64,000 nucleotides of DNA, taken from Phreatobacter sp. (GTDB lineage: Bacteria > Pseudomonadota > Alphaproteobacteria > Rhizobiales > Phreatobacteraceae). The stretch is from positions 35,471 through 99,470 of the forward strand of contig NZ_JALHMP010000012.1 of assembly GCF_022843985.1 (NCBI RefSeq), written 5' to 3'. Within the stretch, counting starts at the first letter, position 1, and the number at the start of each line of letters is the position of its first letter. The notes beneath the pieces are model-generated. The model saw nothing but the letters and a program-made list of their open reading frames with translations. It did not search any database and was not told the origin of the DNA. Of the stretch, positions 63,923 through 64,000 are shown in pieces. Both the position numbers and the translations under genes were made by a program.

Positions 63923-64000
63923 TCAGATCCGCTTCATGTCGCGGAAGTCGACCTGGCGGTGATAGCCGTAGGTATAGCCGTCGATGTTCTTGGGCATGAC
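63923..64000 (-). CDS. C-terminal end of the probable ABC substrate-binding protein (partial)
   Basis: VMPKNIDGYTYGYHRQVDFRDMKRI-stop directly upstream of the DppB-like gene. Confidence 0.7.
   Translation of the reverse strand, partial: VMPKNIDGYTYGYHRQVDFRDMKRI

Noticed and set aside
1-64000. CRISPR array, prophage, IS element, rRNA or defence system
   Set aside because: No regularly spaced repeats with unique spacers, and no transposase, integrase, phage or rRNA signatures were seen.

Overview
GC-rich alphaproteobacterial (Hyphomicrobiales/Rhizobiales-like) chromosomal window, densely coding and mostly housekeeping or accessory metabolism. No integrase, transposase, phage gene or CRISPR array is visible. 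Contents in order: the end of a form II (SLM-order) CO-dehydrogenase-like/xanthine-dehydrogenase-family cluster with its maturation genes (coxL, coxM, coxD-like MoxR, coxE-like VWA, split XdhC, MoeA-MocA fusion); btaAB betaine-lipid genes behind a four-unit Pho-box-like repeat, followed by GT2-GtrA and GT39; bcsS-like, usg and tandem exoD; tRNA-Leu(TAA); gpt; an ATP-grasp/alpha-E/transglutaminase operon with a displaced Anbu proteasome-like peptidase; a GH3 glucosidase; a block of DUF3126, gamma-CA, LapG-like peptidase, PilZ, PAS, rhomboid, CBS, patatin and hisI that carries many CtrA-box-like TTAA-N7-TTAA motifs; gatCA and gatB separated by four inserted genes; GSTs, an Fsr-like MFS and ilvD; and a hydantoinase A/B + CoA ligase + flavoprotein catabolic operon converging on a Dpp-type ABC importer. 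Best leads: two unannotated structured sRNA candidates (34925-35031 on +, about 7830-7965 on -), the split Anbu/ATP-grasp system, a protein with a cryptic C-terminal HPD/J-domain, the putative Pho-controlled membrane-remodelling operon, and several unannotated small proteins. All family assignments come from motif recognition by eye; no searches were run.
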